Assembly: GCA_965370235.1 (NCBI GenBank)
Contig: CBDUTX010000019.1
Span: 1-14,120, forward strand
DNA: 14,120 nt
From: an uncultured Desulfuromonadaceae bacterium
Lineage (GTDB): Bacteria; SDB-A
Direction of reading: 5' to 3'
The notes below the pieces were generated by a model, which ran no database searches, was not told the origin of the DNA, and was given only the letters and a program-made list of their open reading frames with translations. Position 1 is the stretch's first letter, and the number at the start of each line of letters is the position of its first letter. Below are positions 1 through 8,149 of the stretch, in pieces. Both the position numbers and the translations under genes were made by a program.

Positions 1-1083
1 TTTTCCTTTTAAATTTATTGGAGTTCTAAAAACCGAAGTTGGTCTTATGGCTTCGTGCGCAGCTTGAACATTTTTTTTCTTGTCAGAATAAAACCTGTAT
101 TTCTCAGGAACTAATTTTTCATATCCTGATTTCTTGAGATAATTTCGAACTTCATTTTTTGCCTGTGCAGATACTCTTGTCGAGTCAGTTCTCATATATG
201 TTATAAGTCCTATTGTTTCATTATCCACATCCAAACCTTCAAACAGCTGTTGGGCAATCACCATAGTCTTCTTTGCTGTCATGCCAAGATATTGGACTGC
301 ATCCTGCTGTAACGTACTCGTTGTATAAGGAGGGTAGGGTTTTCTCTTTTTCTTTGTTTTTGAAATGTCTGATAGAACAACTTTATCTTTTGATATCACA
401 TCAACTACAGCTTTAGCTTCCTTTTCCGATGTTATTATTACTTTTTTTCCTTTGAATTTATCAAGTTTAGCAGTGATTGACTCTCCATTCTTTCCCAGAT
501 CAAAATCAATTGTCCAGTATTCTTCAACTTTAAATTTCTTTCTCTCTTTTTCTCTATCGGCTATCAATTTTAATGTCACCGTCTGTACTCTTCCGGCAGA
601 TAAACCTTTTTTTATTTTCTGCCATAGAAGGGGACTGACTTCGTAACCAACAAGCCTATCCAGTATTCTTCTTGTCATTTGAGCATCGATTTTGGTTATG
701 TCAAGTTCTGAAGGTTTCGTCAAAGCTTCCTTAATGCCCTGGGGAGTAATCTCAAAAAACAACAGTCTTTTTATTGCTTTTCCCTCAGGTAATTCTTCCT
801 TTATATGATTAGCTATAGCTTCACCTTCTCTGTCAGGATCTGTAGCAATATATATTGTACCAGCTTTTTCTGCTGCTTTTTTTATCTTCTCAATGAATTT
901 CTTTTTATTTCTCAGATAGACAATTTTTGTCTTAAAATTGTTTTCAGGCTCTACACCGAGTTGTGAAACAGGAAGATCTTTAATATGTCCTAAAGTTGAT
1001 AGAACGACAAACTTATTATCAAGATATTTTGAAATTGTTTTAGCTTTAGTTGGAGACTCAACTATTAATAAGTCTTTACTCAA
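1..1083 (-). CDS. topA: DNA topoisomerase I, N-terminal 361 codons. The gene runs off the left edge of the window, so the 3' end is missing.
   Basis: The reverse-complement translation starts LSKDLLIVESPTKAKTI at a TTG at 1083..1081, with an AAGGAG RBS 5 nt upstream. The Toprim motif ATDPDREGEAIA lies around 790-830. The active-site motif GLITYMRTDS lies around 180-210, and AHEAIRPT at 40-60. All are in one frame. The plus-strand ORF 365..646 is antisense to this gene and is treated as spurious. Confidence 0.9.
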   Translation of the reverse strand, partial: MSKDLLIVESPTKAKTISKYLDNKFVVLSTLGHIKDLPVSQLGVEPENNFKTKIVYLRNKKKFIEKIKKAAEKAGTIYIATDPDREGEAIANHIKEELPEGKAIKRLLFFEITPQGIKEALTKPSELDITKIDAQMTRRILDRLVGYEVSPLLWQKIKKGLSAGRVQTVTLKLIADREKERKKFKVEEYWTIDFDLGKNGESITAKLDKFKGKKVIITSEKEAKAVVDVISKDKVVLSDISKTKKKRKPYPPYTTSTLQQDAVQYLGMTAKKTMVIAQQLFEGLDVDNETIGLITYMRTDSTRVSAQAKNEVRNYLKKSGYEKLVPEKYRFYSDKKKNVQAAHEAIRPTSVFRTPINLKGK

Positions 1084-1498
1084 TTTTACTCCTTGATGCC
1101 ATAATGCCATTTACCAGCATCGAAACTGCTTTAATATTTAATTTATCTTCTACCTTTCCCATATCGCCTTTGTCAATAATATTGAGGAAGTGTTGAACTT
1201 CCCCGTCATTTAATATCTCGTAATCCAAAAATTGTAGAAAATATACAATTGCATCATCTGTCAAATTATCGACAAGAGATATTATCAGTTCATCTGACAA
1301 CATGACATTATCACTTTTTAAAATTTCTTCCTTTTTAAAAAATAAAGAAAGACTGTTCTGGATTTCATCTCCAGTAATTCCAAGAAGTTCAAGCTCTTCT
1401 ATTATTTTTCCGATATCCTCACCTTTAACAATTCCACTGTATAATGATCTGAGAAGTTGATTCCTAATAATTTTATCTTCCTGCAAATTATCCTCCAC
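1076..1498 (-). CDS. hypothetical small acidic protein (140 aa), translationally coupled to topA
   Basis: The ORF has a GTG start at 1498..1496. Alternatively the GGAGGA at 1493..1488 acts as the SD for an in-frame TTG at 1486..1484 (spacer 4 nt). It ends with TAA at 1078..1076. Its last 8 nt overlap the topA TTG start, which is consistent with an operon. The protein is Asp/Glu-rich, has no TM segment, and carries no motif I recognise. Codon usage matches the neighbouring genes. Confidence 0.45.
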   Translation of the reverse strand: MEDNLQEDKIIRNQLLRSLYSGIVKGEDIGKIIEELELLGITGDEIQNSLSLFFKKEEILKSDNVMLSDELIISLVDNLTDDAIVYFLQFLDYEILNDGEVQHFLNIIDKGDMGKVEDKLNIKAVSMLVNGIMASRSKIE

Positions 1499-1559
1499 TT
1501 AAAACTATATTATAATCTAATAGATATTATTTGAATAAATCAGATAAAAAGAAATTGCT

Positions 1560-1587
1560 ATTATACACATTCGAACAAACATATCAA
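1560..1587 (-). promoter_or_regulatory. candidate sigma70-type promoter for the hyp140-topA operon
   Basis: The minus strand reads TTGATA (1587..1582), a 16-nt spacer, then TATAAT (1565..1560). This sits about 60 nt upstream of the 1498 start. The match to consensus is good, but the region is AT-rich and chance matches are common. Confidence 0.4.
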
Positions 1588-1678
1588 GAAGTTTTGCATT
1601 ACATGATCCATAACCTAAATATAATATAAAATATTAAAAAGCAAAGAGTAAATGTTTTAATATTATTTCCTTGTTTAC

Positions 1679-1707
1679 TTGAAATAAATTGTTAAATAAA
1701 TTAAAAT
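1679..1707 (+). promoter_or_regulatory. candidate sigma70-type promoter for the SPFH gene
   Basis: TTGAAA (1679-1684), a 17-nt spacer, then TAAAAT (1702-1707). It lies about 45 nt upstream of the ATG at 1754, which has an AAGGAGG SD at 1743-1749. Confidence 0.3.
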
Positions 1708-1753
1708 ACAGTTTTTGATAATGTAATATTGAAAATAATACAAGGAGGATTTG

Positions 1754-2671
1754 ATGACTTTTCCAGCTTTTCTATTTCTTTTTCTTGCAGTTGCATCAGG
1801 AATAGCTCTTTTTGCAATAAATAAAAAAATTTTTGCTGTTATAGCAATTGCATTTTTTATAATAGCAGCTTTTTTTGCTCAAACACTTGTTATAATCGAT
1901 GCAGGAGAAGTAGGTCTTCAGATTTTATTCGGGCGGGTTCTTCCTACCACATTATATGAAGGTCTACATATAAAAAATCCTCTTGCCCGTGTAGTAACTT
2001 ATTCCATAAGGTTGCAGGAATATACTATGAGCATTGCAGAAGGCGAAGGAGCTAAATATTCTTCCGATCCAATAACTGCAAGAACTTACGACAATTCTGA
2101 AATCACCGTTGACGTAACTATCTGGTGGAAAATAAACTCCGACTCAGTCGGTTTTATTTATTCAAGAGTTTCTGCCAATATGGAAAATTTAAAGGATTTG
2201 ATAATAAGACCTTCTTCAAGAGCAGTGATAAGAGATGTTTTCAGTCAATATAAACTGGATGAATGTTTTAGAAAGAGAGATCAAATCCGTGAGCTTCTCC
2301 AGATTAAAATGAGTGAGCAACTTTCAACAAAGGGAATTTTAATAGACAATGTACTCCTTAGAGAGATAAGACCACCTGAGATCGTTGATCAAGCAATTCA
2401 GCTCAAACTCGCTTCAGAGCAGGAACTTCAGCAAAGAGACTATGAAATTCAAATTGCCCAGAAAGACTCGATTAAAAAAGTTGTTGAAGCAGGAGGTATA
2501 GCTGAATCACAGAGAATAATTACAGTAAATCTTTCTCCGATATACAATCAGTGGAATGCAATAGAGGCGATCAAAGATATGGGAAAATCAGGAAATAATA
2601 TGATAGTTGTCGTACCTACATCAACAGAAGGAACAGGAATACCTATTATTTTAAATGCTGATAATCAATAA
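1754..2671 (+). CDS. SPFH/band-7 (prohibitin/HflC-like) membrane protein
   Basis: The N-terminus has two hydrophobic segments, FLFLFLAVASGIALFAI and IFAVIAIAFFIIAAFFAQTLVII. The SPFH core follows: IIDAGEVGLQILFGRV...YSIRLQEYT...ITVDVTIWWKI. A coiled region (QELQQRDYEIQIAQKD) and a C-terminal AIEAIKDMG...MIVV complete the pattern typical of stomatin/prohibitin family proteins. A strong SD precedes the ATG. The ORF tool begins at the TTG at 1751, but the ATG at 1754 is preferred. Confidence 0.85.
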   Translation: MTFPAFLFLFLAVASGIALFAINKKIFAVIAIAFFIIAAFFAQTLVIIDAGEVGLQILFGRVLPTTLYEGLHIKNPLARVVTYSIRLQEYTMSIAEGEGAKYSSDPITARTYDNSEITVDVTIWWKINSDSVGFIYSRVSANMENLKDLIIRPSSRAVIRDVFSQYKLDECFRKRDQIRELLQIKMSEQLSTKGILIDNVLLREIRPPEIVDQAIQLKLASEQELQQRDYEIQIAQKDSIKKVVEAGGIAESQRIITVNLSPIYNQWNAIEAIKDMGKSGNNMIVVVPTSTEGTGIPIILNADNQ

Positions 2672-2672
2672 T

Positions 2673-3290
2673 CTATACACAGAAATAATCTCTAGTCTGT
2701 TTTTCATCTTCGAGGGTTGTGTGTTCCCCATGCCCTGGATAGACATCATAGTTTTGTTTAAAGGAATAATATAAATCCAGAGAACTGCAGAGATTTTGTA
2801 AATTTCCGGTTGGCAGATCGGTTCTGCCAACACTTCCTTTAAATAAAATGTCACCTGTAAAAATAATGTTACCAAGCTGAATTGACATGCTGCCCTCAGT
2901 ATGTCCGGGAGTATGATATAATTTAATCATTTCTTCATTAAAAACAAGTGTTTGTTTATGTTCTGCAAAAATATCAATGTTAAATTTTTTTATTTCCTTT
3001 AAAAAAATTGATTCACCTGTTAAAAGAGGATTCGACAAATTATCTGCATCTTCCCGGTGCATAACAGTTACAATATCCGGACAGATCTCCTTAACTTTTG
3101 ACACTCCTGAGATATGATCATAGTGATTATGTGTCAGTATTATATATTTAGCTTCTTTTTTCAATGAACTTAAATAGCTGCTGAGCTGATGATCTTCAAA
3201 TCCGGGATCGATAACAATAAAAGTCTTTTCGCTTTCAATAATATAACAATTTGTCTGTAGTTCTCCCAGTATAAATCTCTTTATTTTCAT
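2673..3290 (-). CDS. MBL-fold metallo-hydrolase (glyoxalase II / YcbL-like)
   Basis: The ORF is 205 aa. It carries the metallo-beta-lactamase zinc motif THNHYDH and downstream His/Asp residues (HTPGHTEGS...TGDILF). An AGAGGA SD lies 5 nt before the ATG at 3290. It is convergent with the SPFH gene, and the two stop codons are separated by a single nucleotide. Confidence 0.8.
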   Translation of the reverse strand: MKIKRFILGELQTNCYIIESEKTFIVIDPGFEDHQLSSYLSSLKKEAKYIILTHNHYDHISGVSKVKEICPDIVTVMHREDADNLSNPLLTGESIFLKEIKKFNIDIFAEHKQTLVFNEEMIKLYHTPGHTEGSMSIQLGNIIFTGDILFKGSVGRTDLPTGNLQNLCSSLDLYYSFKQNYDVYPGHGEHTTLEDEKQTRDYFCV

Positions 3291-3330
3291 AAATCCTCTC
3301 TATTTTATGATGTATAAAACTATTTAATAA

Positions 3331-3381
3331 AGTATAGTTCGAAAATTTTCATCTGTACACTGAGATATCTTTGACTATAAT
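3331..3381. promoter_or_regulatory. candidate back-to-back divergent promoters sharing a palindromic TGTACA -35-like hexamer
   Basis: The plus strand has TGTACA (3354-3359), a 16-nt spacer, then a perfect TATAAT (3376-3381) pointing toward cmk. The minus strand uses the same palindromic TGTACA, a 17-nt spacer, then TATACT (3336..3331) pointing toward the MBL gene. An 8-bp palindrome AGATATCT (3362-3369) lies inside the spacer. This is a pattern match only. Confidence 0.25.
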
Positions 3382-3552
3382 TTGCTCTACATACATATTC
3401 ACAAGAAGTACTCCATTAACTATAAAGTAAATCTTTGTATTATCCTTTTTCTTTATGATAATATAATAAGGTAGATATCGTTTATGTTAATTTTTCTGAA
3501 ATTACAATTTATTTCTTGATTTGTAACGAATTTTATCTTATTTCTTAATGCT

Positions 3553-4221
3553 ATGAAAAATTACATAATAACAATCGATGGACCTGCCGGATCTGGAAAA
3601 AGCACGATTTCAAAGAAACTGGCTGAATTATTGAACTTTTTATATCTCGATACCGGTGCGATGTACAGAACAGTTGCACTTTTCTTTATCTTAGAAAATA
3701 TATCTTTGACCGATAGTGAAGAAAAAATCATCAAAGCTCTTGAGAAAATCGATATATCATTTGAAAATTCCAGGTTATTCCTAAGTGGGGAAGAAGTTGA
3801 GGGAAAAATTAGAACACCTGAAATAACAAAATTTTCAAGTCCTGTAAGCGCTCTGCCCGGTGTGAGAAAAAAAATGATTGATCTTCAGAGAAAAATAGGT
3901 AATAAAAGAAATCTTGTCTGTGAAGGCAGAGATATGGGAACAGTCGTTTTCCCTGAAGCAAATCTTAAAATTTTTCTTACAGCATCTGTTGATGAAAGAA
4001 CTGAAAGAAGGTTTAAAGATTTTGCAAAAACGGGAGATGATATCTCATTTGAAAAATTAAAAGATGAAATTATCATTAGAGATAAAAGGGACACAGAAAG
4101 GAAATTATCACCTCTTATACAAGCTGAAGATGCTGTATTGATCGATACGACAAAAATATCAATTGAAAAAGTTATAGAAAAAATACACTCCCTTTTCAAA
4201 GGAAAAATTCATGCCCTCTAA
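3553..4221 (+). CDS. cmk: cytidylate (CMP/dCMP) kinase
   Basis: The N-terminus ITIDGPAGSGKSTISKKLA is the classic Cmk P-loop context. The protein is 222 aa. There is no recognisable SD upstream. It is the first gene of a long co-directional array. Confidence 0.9.
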   Translation: MKNYIITIDGPAGSGKSTISKKLAELLNFLYLDTGAMYRTVALFFILENISLTDSEEKIIKALEKIDISFENSRLFLSGEEVEGKIRTPEITKFSSPVSALPGVRKKMIDLQRKIGNKRNLVCEGRDMGTVVFPEANLKIFLTASVDERTERRFKDFAKTGDDISFEKLKDEIIIRDKRDTERKLSPLIQAEDAVLIDTTKISIEKVIEKIHSLFKGKIHAL

Positions 4222-4819
4222 GTTATGGTCATTTACACATTTAGTAAGTTTTCCAATCTTTAAGGTTTTACTTGGTTTGAGGATTAAAAATACAGAATTC
4301 CTCCCTAAAAAAGGATCATTTATCATTGCTGCAAATCATCAGAGTAATTTTGATCCGCCTGTAGTTGCATTTTCAATATTCCCAAATGAGTGCTATTTTA
4401 TTGCAAAAGAAGACCTTTTCAACATTCATCCTTTATACTCACTTCTTCTTAAAACATATCATACAATCAAGATAAGCCGTAATAAAAGAGATATAAAAGC
4501 TTTTAAAGAAGGATTAAATAAAATAAGAAATGGTTTTAGTCTCATTGTGTTTCCTGAAGGAACAAGAAAAAAAACAGATCATCTTGAGGATATAAGAGCA
4601 GGAGCTGCATTTTTCTCAATCAAATCAAACGTTCCGATGATCCCGTGTTATGTAAATTACAGAAACCTTTCCCTTTCATCAATTTTCAAAGGGTATACAA
4701 ATATAAATGTTATATTTGGAAAACCCATAATACCAAAAAAGGACATAAAAACAGTTTCTAAAATTGCTTTGGAAATGGCTGAGCTATGGAAGAAACAGAT
4801 GGAGGAATTATGCCGGTAG
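4211..4819 (+). CDS. plsC: 1-acyl-sn-glycerol-3-phosphate acyltransferase
   Basis: It carries the acyltransferase motifs AANHQSNFD (HX4D) and FPEGTR. The ORF is 202 aa and overlaps the cmk stop by 11 nt. Confidence 0.8.
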   Translation: MPSKLWSFTHLVSFPIFKVLLGLRIKNTEFLPKKGSFIIAANHQSNFDPPVVAFSIFPNECYFIAKEDLFNIHPLYSLLLKTYHTIKISRNKRDIKAFKEGLNKIRNGFSLIVFPEGTRKKTDHLEDIRAGAAFFSIKSNVPMIPCYVNYRNLSLSSIFKGYTNINVIFGKPIIPKKDIKTVSKIALEMAELWKKQMEELCR

Positions 4820-5688
4820 AAATTGCTAAAAAATCAGGATTCTGCTTTGGTGTAAAAAGAGCAATAAATATGGCAGAGGAAACATTAAATAATTCTTCTA
4901 ATAGAGACAAACCTATATATATACTGGGAGAAATTATCCATAATCCACAGACAGTTGAAATGCTTAAGAATAAAGGAGCTATTTCAATTACCATTGATCA
5001 ACTTGAGAAAGTAAAACCCGGCAAGCTTATTCTTAGAAGCCATGGAGAACCCCTGGAGATAATTGAAAAATCAAAAAAACTCGGCTTTGAAATTATAAAT
5101 ACTGTTTGTCCTTTTGTTAATAAAGCTCTTGAAGTTGCAAGTTTATACGCTAAAAGCAATCATAAGATCATAATCATCGGTAAAAAAGAACATCCTGAAG
5201 TCAAATCTCTTTTGTCTCATACACTGTACAGTGCTACGGTAATAGGTTCTACAGAAATGACCAAAGACCTTAATATTTCAATAAAAGATAAAGTAGTAAT
5301 TATTGTACAGACTACTTTTTCAGGAAGTTTGTTTAAAAATATACTTGGTGAAATAGTCTTGCTTTCTGGTGAGACAAAAGTTTATAATACAATCTGCAAT
5401 GCGACATACAGTAGAAGAAGTCAGGCGATATCTGTTGCAAAAAAAGTTGATCTGAATATAATCGTAGGCGGTAAAAACAGTTCTAACACAAGAGAACTGA
5501 CAAAACTCTTGATTGAAAACGGATATATGGCTCATCAGATCGAAAGAGCTGATGAGCTCGATGAAAGACTTTTCTCAGGTATTGATAAAGTAGGAATTAC
5601 AGGAGGAGCTTCAACCCCTATCTGGGTAATTGAGGAAGTTAAAAACAAAATTGAAATTATATTAAATAAGAATAATGTTGGTATATAG
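4810..5688 (+). CDS. ispH: 4-hydroxy-3-methylbut-2-enyl diphosphate reductase (IspH/LytB)
   Basis: The N-terminus MPVEIAKKSGFCFGVKRAI matches IspH (GFCxGVxRA). The three conserved Cys contexts are present: GFCFG, TVCPFV and NTICNAT. The start at 4810 is preferred because a GGAGGA sits just upstream and the N-terminal spacing is IspH-like. The ORF tool extends to an ATG at 4786, which is a possible alternative. The gene overlaps plsC by 10 nt. Confidence 0.88.
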   Translation: MPVEIAKKSGFCFGVKRAINMAEETLNNSSNRDKPIYILGEIIHNPQTVEMLKNKGAISITIDQLEKVKPGKLILRSHGEPLEIIEKSKKLGFEIINTVCPFVNKALEVASLYAKSNHKIIIIGKKEHPEVKSLLSHTLYSATVIGSTEMTKDLNISIKDKVVIIVQTTFSGSLFKNILGEIVLLSGETKVYNTICNATYSRRSQAISVAKKVDLNIIVGGKNSSNTRELTKLLIENGYMAHQIERADELDERLFSGIDKVGITGGASTPIWVIEEVKNKIEIILNKNNVGI

Positions 5689-5723
5689 TTTATAACCTTT
5701 AAAATAAATTTTCGGAGGATGTA

Positions 5724-7397
5724 TTGAACAAAGAAGATGTAGTAGTAGAAGTTAATAACAATGAAACCGATAACTTTGTAGACGCATGGGGCTTAACTGA
5801 TGATGAACTCTCAGTACTGGTCGATAAGTATTCCCCTTCTATTGAAGAAGGTAAAATCGTAAAAGGCATAATTGTAAGGATCGGACAAAAAGATGTTATT
5901 CTTGACATCGGACAGAAAAGTGAAGGAATTTTGCCTATAGGTGAATTTTCTGATTCAGATCAGATCCAAGAAGGTGAAGAAATTGAAGTTTTCCTTGAAG
6001 AACTTGAAGGAGAACAGGGTTTTGCGATTGTTTCAAAGAAAAAAGCAGATTTTATCAAAGTATGGGATGATATCAAATCTGCTTATGACGATAAAATACC
6101 CGTAGAAGGTACTATACTTCACAGAGTGAAAGGTGGAATGATCGTATCTGTATTTGGTGTCGAATCATTTCTCCCCGGAAGTCAAATTGACCTTCGTCCA
6201 TGTAAAGACATGGATGCACTTGTAAATAATACTTTCAAATTCAGAATAATTAAATTGAACTGGAAGAGAAGGAATATTGTAGTTTCGAGAAGGCAGATAC
6301 TTGAAGAAGAAAGAGAAAAAAGAAGAAAGGAACTCTTTGAAGAACTCGACACAGGCAACATACTGGAAGGTAAAGTCAAAAATATAACACCTTTTGGAGC
6401 TTTTATAGATCTTGGTGGTGTAGATGGATTACTACATATAACTGATATTTCATGGGGAAGGATACAACATCCTTCTGAGATTTTAACTTTAGGAGATTCT
6501 GTACAGGTAATGGTAATCGGTATTGAAAAAGAAAAGAACAGAGTTTCTCTTGGGATGAAACAACTGGTTCCGGATCCATGGAAAAATATAACAGAGAAAC
6601 ACCCGGTGAATTCTAAAGCAAATGGAAAAGTTGTCTCTATGACTGATTACGGAGCTTTTATTGAACTTGAAAAAGGTGTTGAAGGACTTGTTCATATTTC
6701 GGAAATGTCATGGACAAAACATATAAAAAAACCGTCTGACATACTTGAAATCGGACAGATTATTGAAACAGTTGTACTTAATATTGATCCCGAAAAACAG
6801 AGAATTTCTCTTGGTTTAAAACAAATTAGTCCTGACCCCTGGACAACTATCGATGAAAAATATCCAATTGATTCAATTGTTGAAGGAAATGTCCGAACAA
6901 TCACAAATTTCGGAGCTTTTGTTCAGATTGAAGAAGGAATTGACGGATTAATTCATGTTTCTGATATGTCCTGGGTCGACAGAATAGAGACTCCAAGAGA
7001 GATACTAAAGGAAGAAATGGATGTTAAATGCAAAGTCTTGAAAATCGACAAAGAAGCAAAAAAAATATCTCTTGGACTTAAACAGATGGAAGACGATCCT
7101 GTACAAAAATTTATTGAAAAACATGATGTTGGAAATATAGTTACCGGATTCATTGTCGAGTTAAGAGAAAGAGGAATAGTTGTCAAACTTGAAGATAATG
7201 CAAGAGGATTTATTCCGTTTTCTCATCTCATTCATGACAATATTAAAAAACCATCTGATTCGTATAATGTCGATGATGAACTCAAATTAAAATTAATTGA
7301 AATGGAATCAGACGGCAGAAGAATTGTTTTATCAGAACGTGAAGCTGTTAGAGATGAATTGGAAAAAATCAATGATTCTTCTCAAGATAATTCTTAA
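5724..7397 (+). CDS. rpsA: 30S ribosomal protein S1 (six S1 domains)
   Basis: Six repeats of the S1 OB-fold signature are present. Examples are GKIVKGIIVRI...DIGQKSEGILP, GTILHRVKGGMIVSV...FLPGSQI, and GNILEGKVKNITPFGAFIDLGG.DGLLHITDISW, with three further copies. The start codon is TTG at 5724, preceded by GGAGGA (5714-5719) with a 4-nt spacer. An in-frame TAA at 5700 excludes a longer N-terminus. Unlike in clostridia, it is a separate gene from ispH, with a 35-nt gap. Confidence 0.9.
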   Translation: MNKEDVVVEVNNNETDNFVDAWGLTDDELSVLVDKYSPSIEEGKIVKGIIVRIGQKDVILDIGQKSEGILPIGEFSDSDQIQEGEEIEVFLEELEGEQGFAIVSKKKADFIKVWDDIKSAYDDKIPVEGTILHRVKGGMIVSVFGVESFLPGSQIDLRPCKDMDALVNNTFKFRIIKLNWKRRNIVVSRRQILEEEREKRRKELFEELDTGNILEGKVKNITPFGAFIDLGGVDGLLHITDISWGRIQHPSEILTLGDSVQVMVIGIEKEKNRVSLGMKQLVPDPWKNITEKHPVNSKANGKVVSMTDYGAFIELEKGVEGLVHISEMSWTKHIKKPSDILEIGQIIETVVLNIDPEKQRISLGLKQISPDPWTTIDEKYPIDSIVEGNVRTITNFGAFVQIEEGIDGLIHVSDMSWVDRIETPREILKEEMDVKCKVLKIDKEAKKISLGLKQMEDDPVQKFIEKHDVGNIVTGFIVELRERGIVVKLEDNARGFIPFSHLIHDNIKKPSDSYNVDDELKLKLIEMESDGRRIVLSEREAVRDELEKINDSSQDNS

Positions 7398-7408
7398 TAC
7401 AGCATAAA

Positions 7409-8149
7409 GTGAGCACAGCACTTGGAATAATACCTTTGAGAATGGCTTCTTCCAGATTACCGGGGAAACCCCTTTTGCAACTTGGGGATAAGCCAATTTT
7501 TGTCTGGGTTGTTGAAAAAACATTACAATGTCCTGATCTTGATAAAGTTATTATTGCAACAGAATCAGAAGTAATTATCAAAGAAGCAAAAAAATATGGT
7601 TTCACATCAATTTTAACACCAAAAATGAATACAGGTTCTGACAGAGTTGCCTGGGTTGCCAGAAAAGAATCAGAATATGACATTGTGGTCAATATACAGG
7701 GAGATGAACCTTTTTTAAATTTTAATGATATCTCCTCTGTAATTTCCTCTTTAAAAGAGAATAGGAATGCAGATGTTTCAACTCTTTTTAGATATTTCGA
7801 CGATGATGAAGATCCGAACATTATTTCCTCTGTAAAGGTGGTCACCGATGATAAAGACTTTGCTCTTTACTTTTCAAGACTTCCAATTCCATATTCGATA
7901 AACAAAATTGAAGTTAAATACAAAAATCACATAGGAATTTACGCTTACAGAAAAGAATTTCTTTTAAAGTTTTCAAAGAAAAAATCCTCTGCTCTTGAAA
8001 TATATGAAAATCTGGAACAGTTAAGAGCACTGGAAATGGGTGCTAAAATAAAAGTAATAAAAACAAATAATAAATCTTTTGGAATTGATACTCCTGAAGA
8101 TTATAAAAGAGCAATAAAAATGATAAATTCGGGATATAAAGATGGCTGA
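7409..8149 (+). CDS. kdsB: 3-deoxy-manno-octulosonate cytidylyltransferase (CMP-KDO synthetase)
   Basis: The N-terminus GIIPLRMASSRLPGKPL matches the KdsB IIPAR..S.RLPGKPL motif. The ORF is 246 aa. It has a GTG start 11 nt after the rpsA stop, with no obvious SD. An in-frame ATG 12 codons downstream would remove the conserved IIP-R motif. Confidence 0.8.
   Translation: MSTALGIIPLRMASSRLPGKPLLQLGDKPIFVWVVEKTLQCPDLDKVIIATESEVIIKEAKKYGFTSILTPKMNTGSDRVAWVARKESEYDIVVNIQGDEPFLNFNDISSVISSLKENRNADVSTLFRYFDDDEDPNIISSVKVVTDDKDFALYFSRLPIPYSINKIEVKYKNHIGIYAYRKEFLLKFSKKKSSALEIYENLEQLRALEMGAKIKVIKTNNKSFGIDTPEDYKRAIKMINSGYKDG

Noticed and set aside
365-646. 93-aa plus-strand ORF
   Set aside because: It lies entirely antisense inside the well-supported topA coding region. 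It has no RBS and a Ser/Phe/Leu-rich low-complexity translation, which is typical of an antisense frame.
1560-1580. TTCGAAC T-loop-like motif suggesting a tRNA in the 1499-1750 gap
   Set aside because: The flanking sequence cannot form T-stem or acceptor-stem pairing and is AT-rich. The same bases are better explained as the spacer of the minus-strand promoter candidate.
3885-4199. 104-aa minus-strand ORF inside cmk
   Set aside because: It is antisense to cmk and low-complexity. It has no RBS.
4786-4809. Longer ispH N-terminus (MEETDGGI) from the ORF track
   Set aside because: The downstream ATG at 4810 has the GGAGGA context and gives the IspH-typical spacing of M to GFCFG. The longer form remains possible but is less likely.
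5724-7397. Roughly 250-nt periodic similarity inside rpsA
   Set aside because: It is explained by the six tandem S1 domains of ribosomal protein S1. It is not a repeat element or a CRISPR-like array.
7369-7845. 158-aa minus-strand ORF
   Set aside because: It is antisense to rpsA and kdsB, which have clear family motifs on the plus strand. It has no SD and a Ser-rich composition. It is probably a chance open frame.
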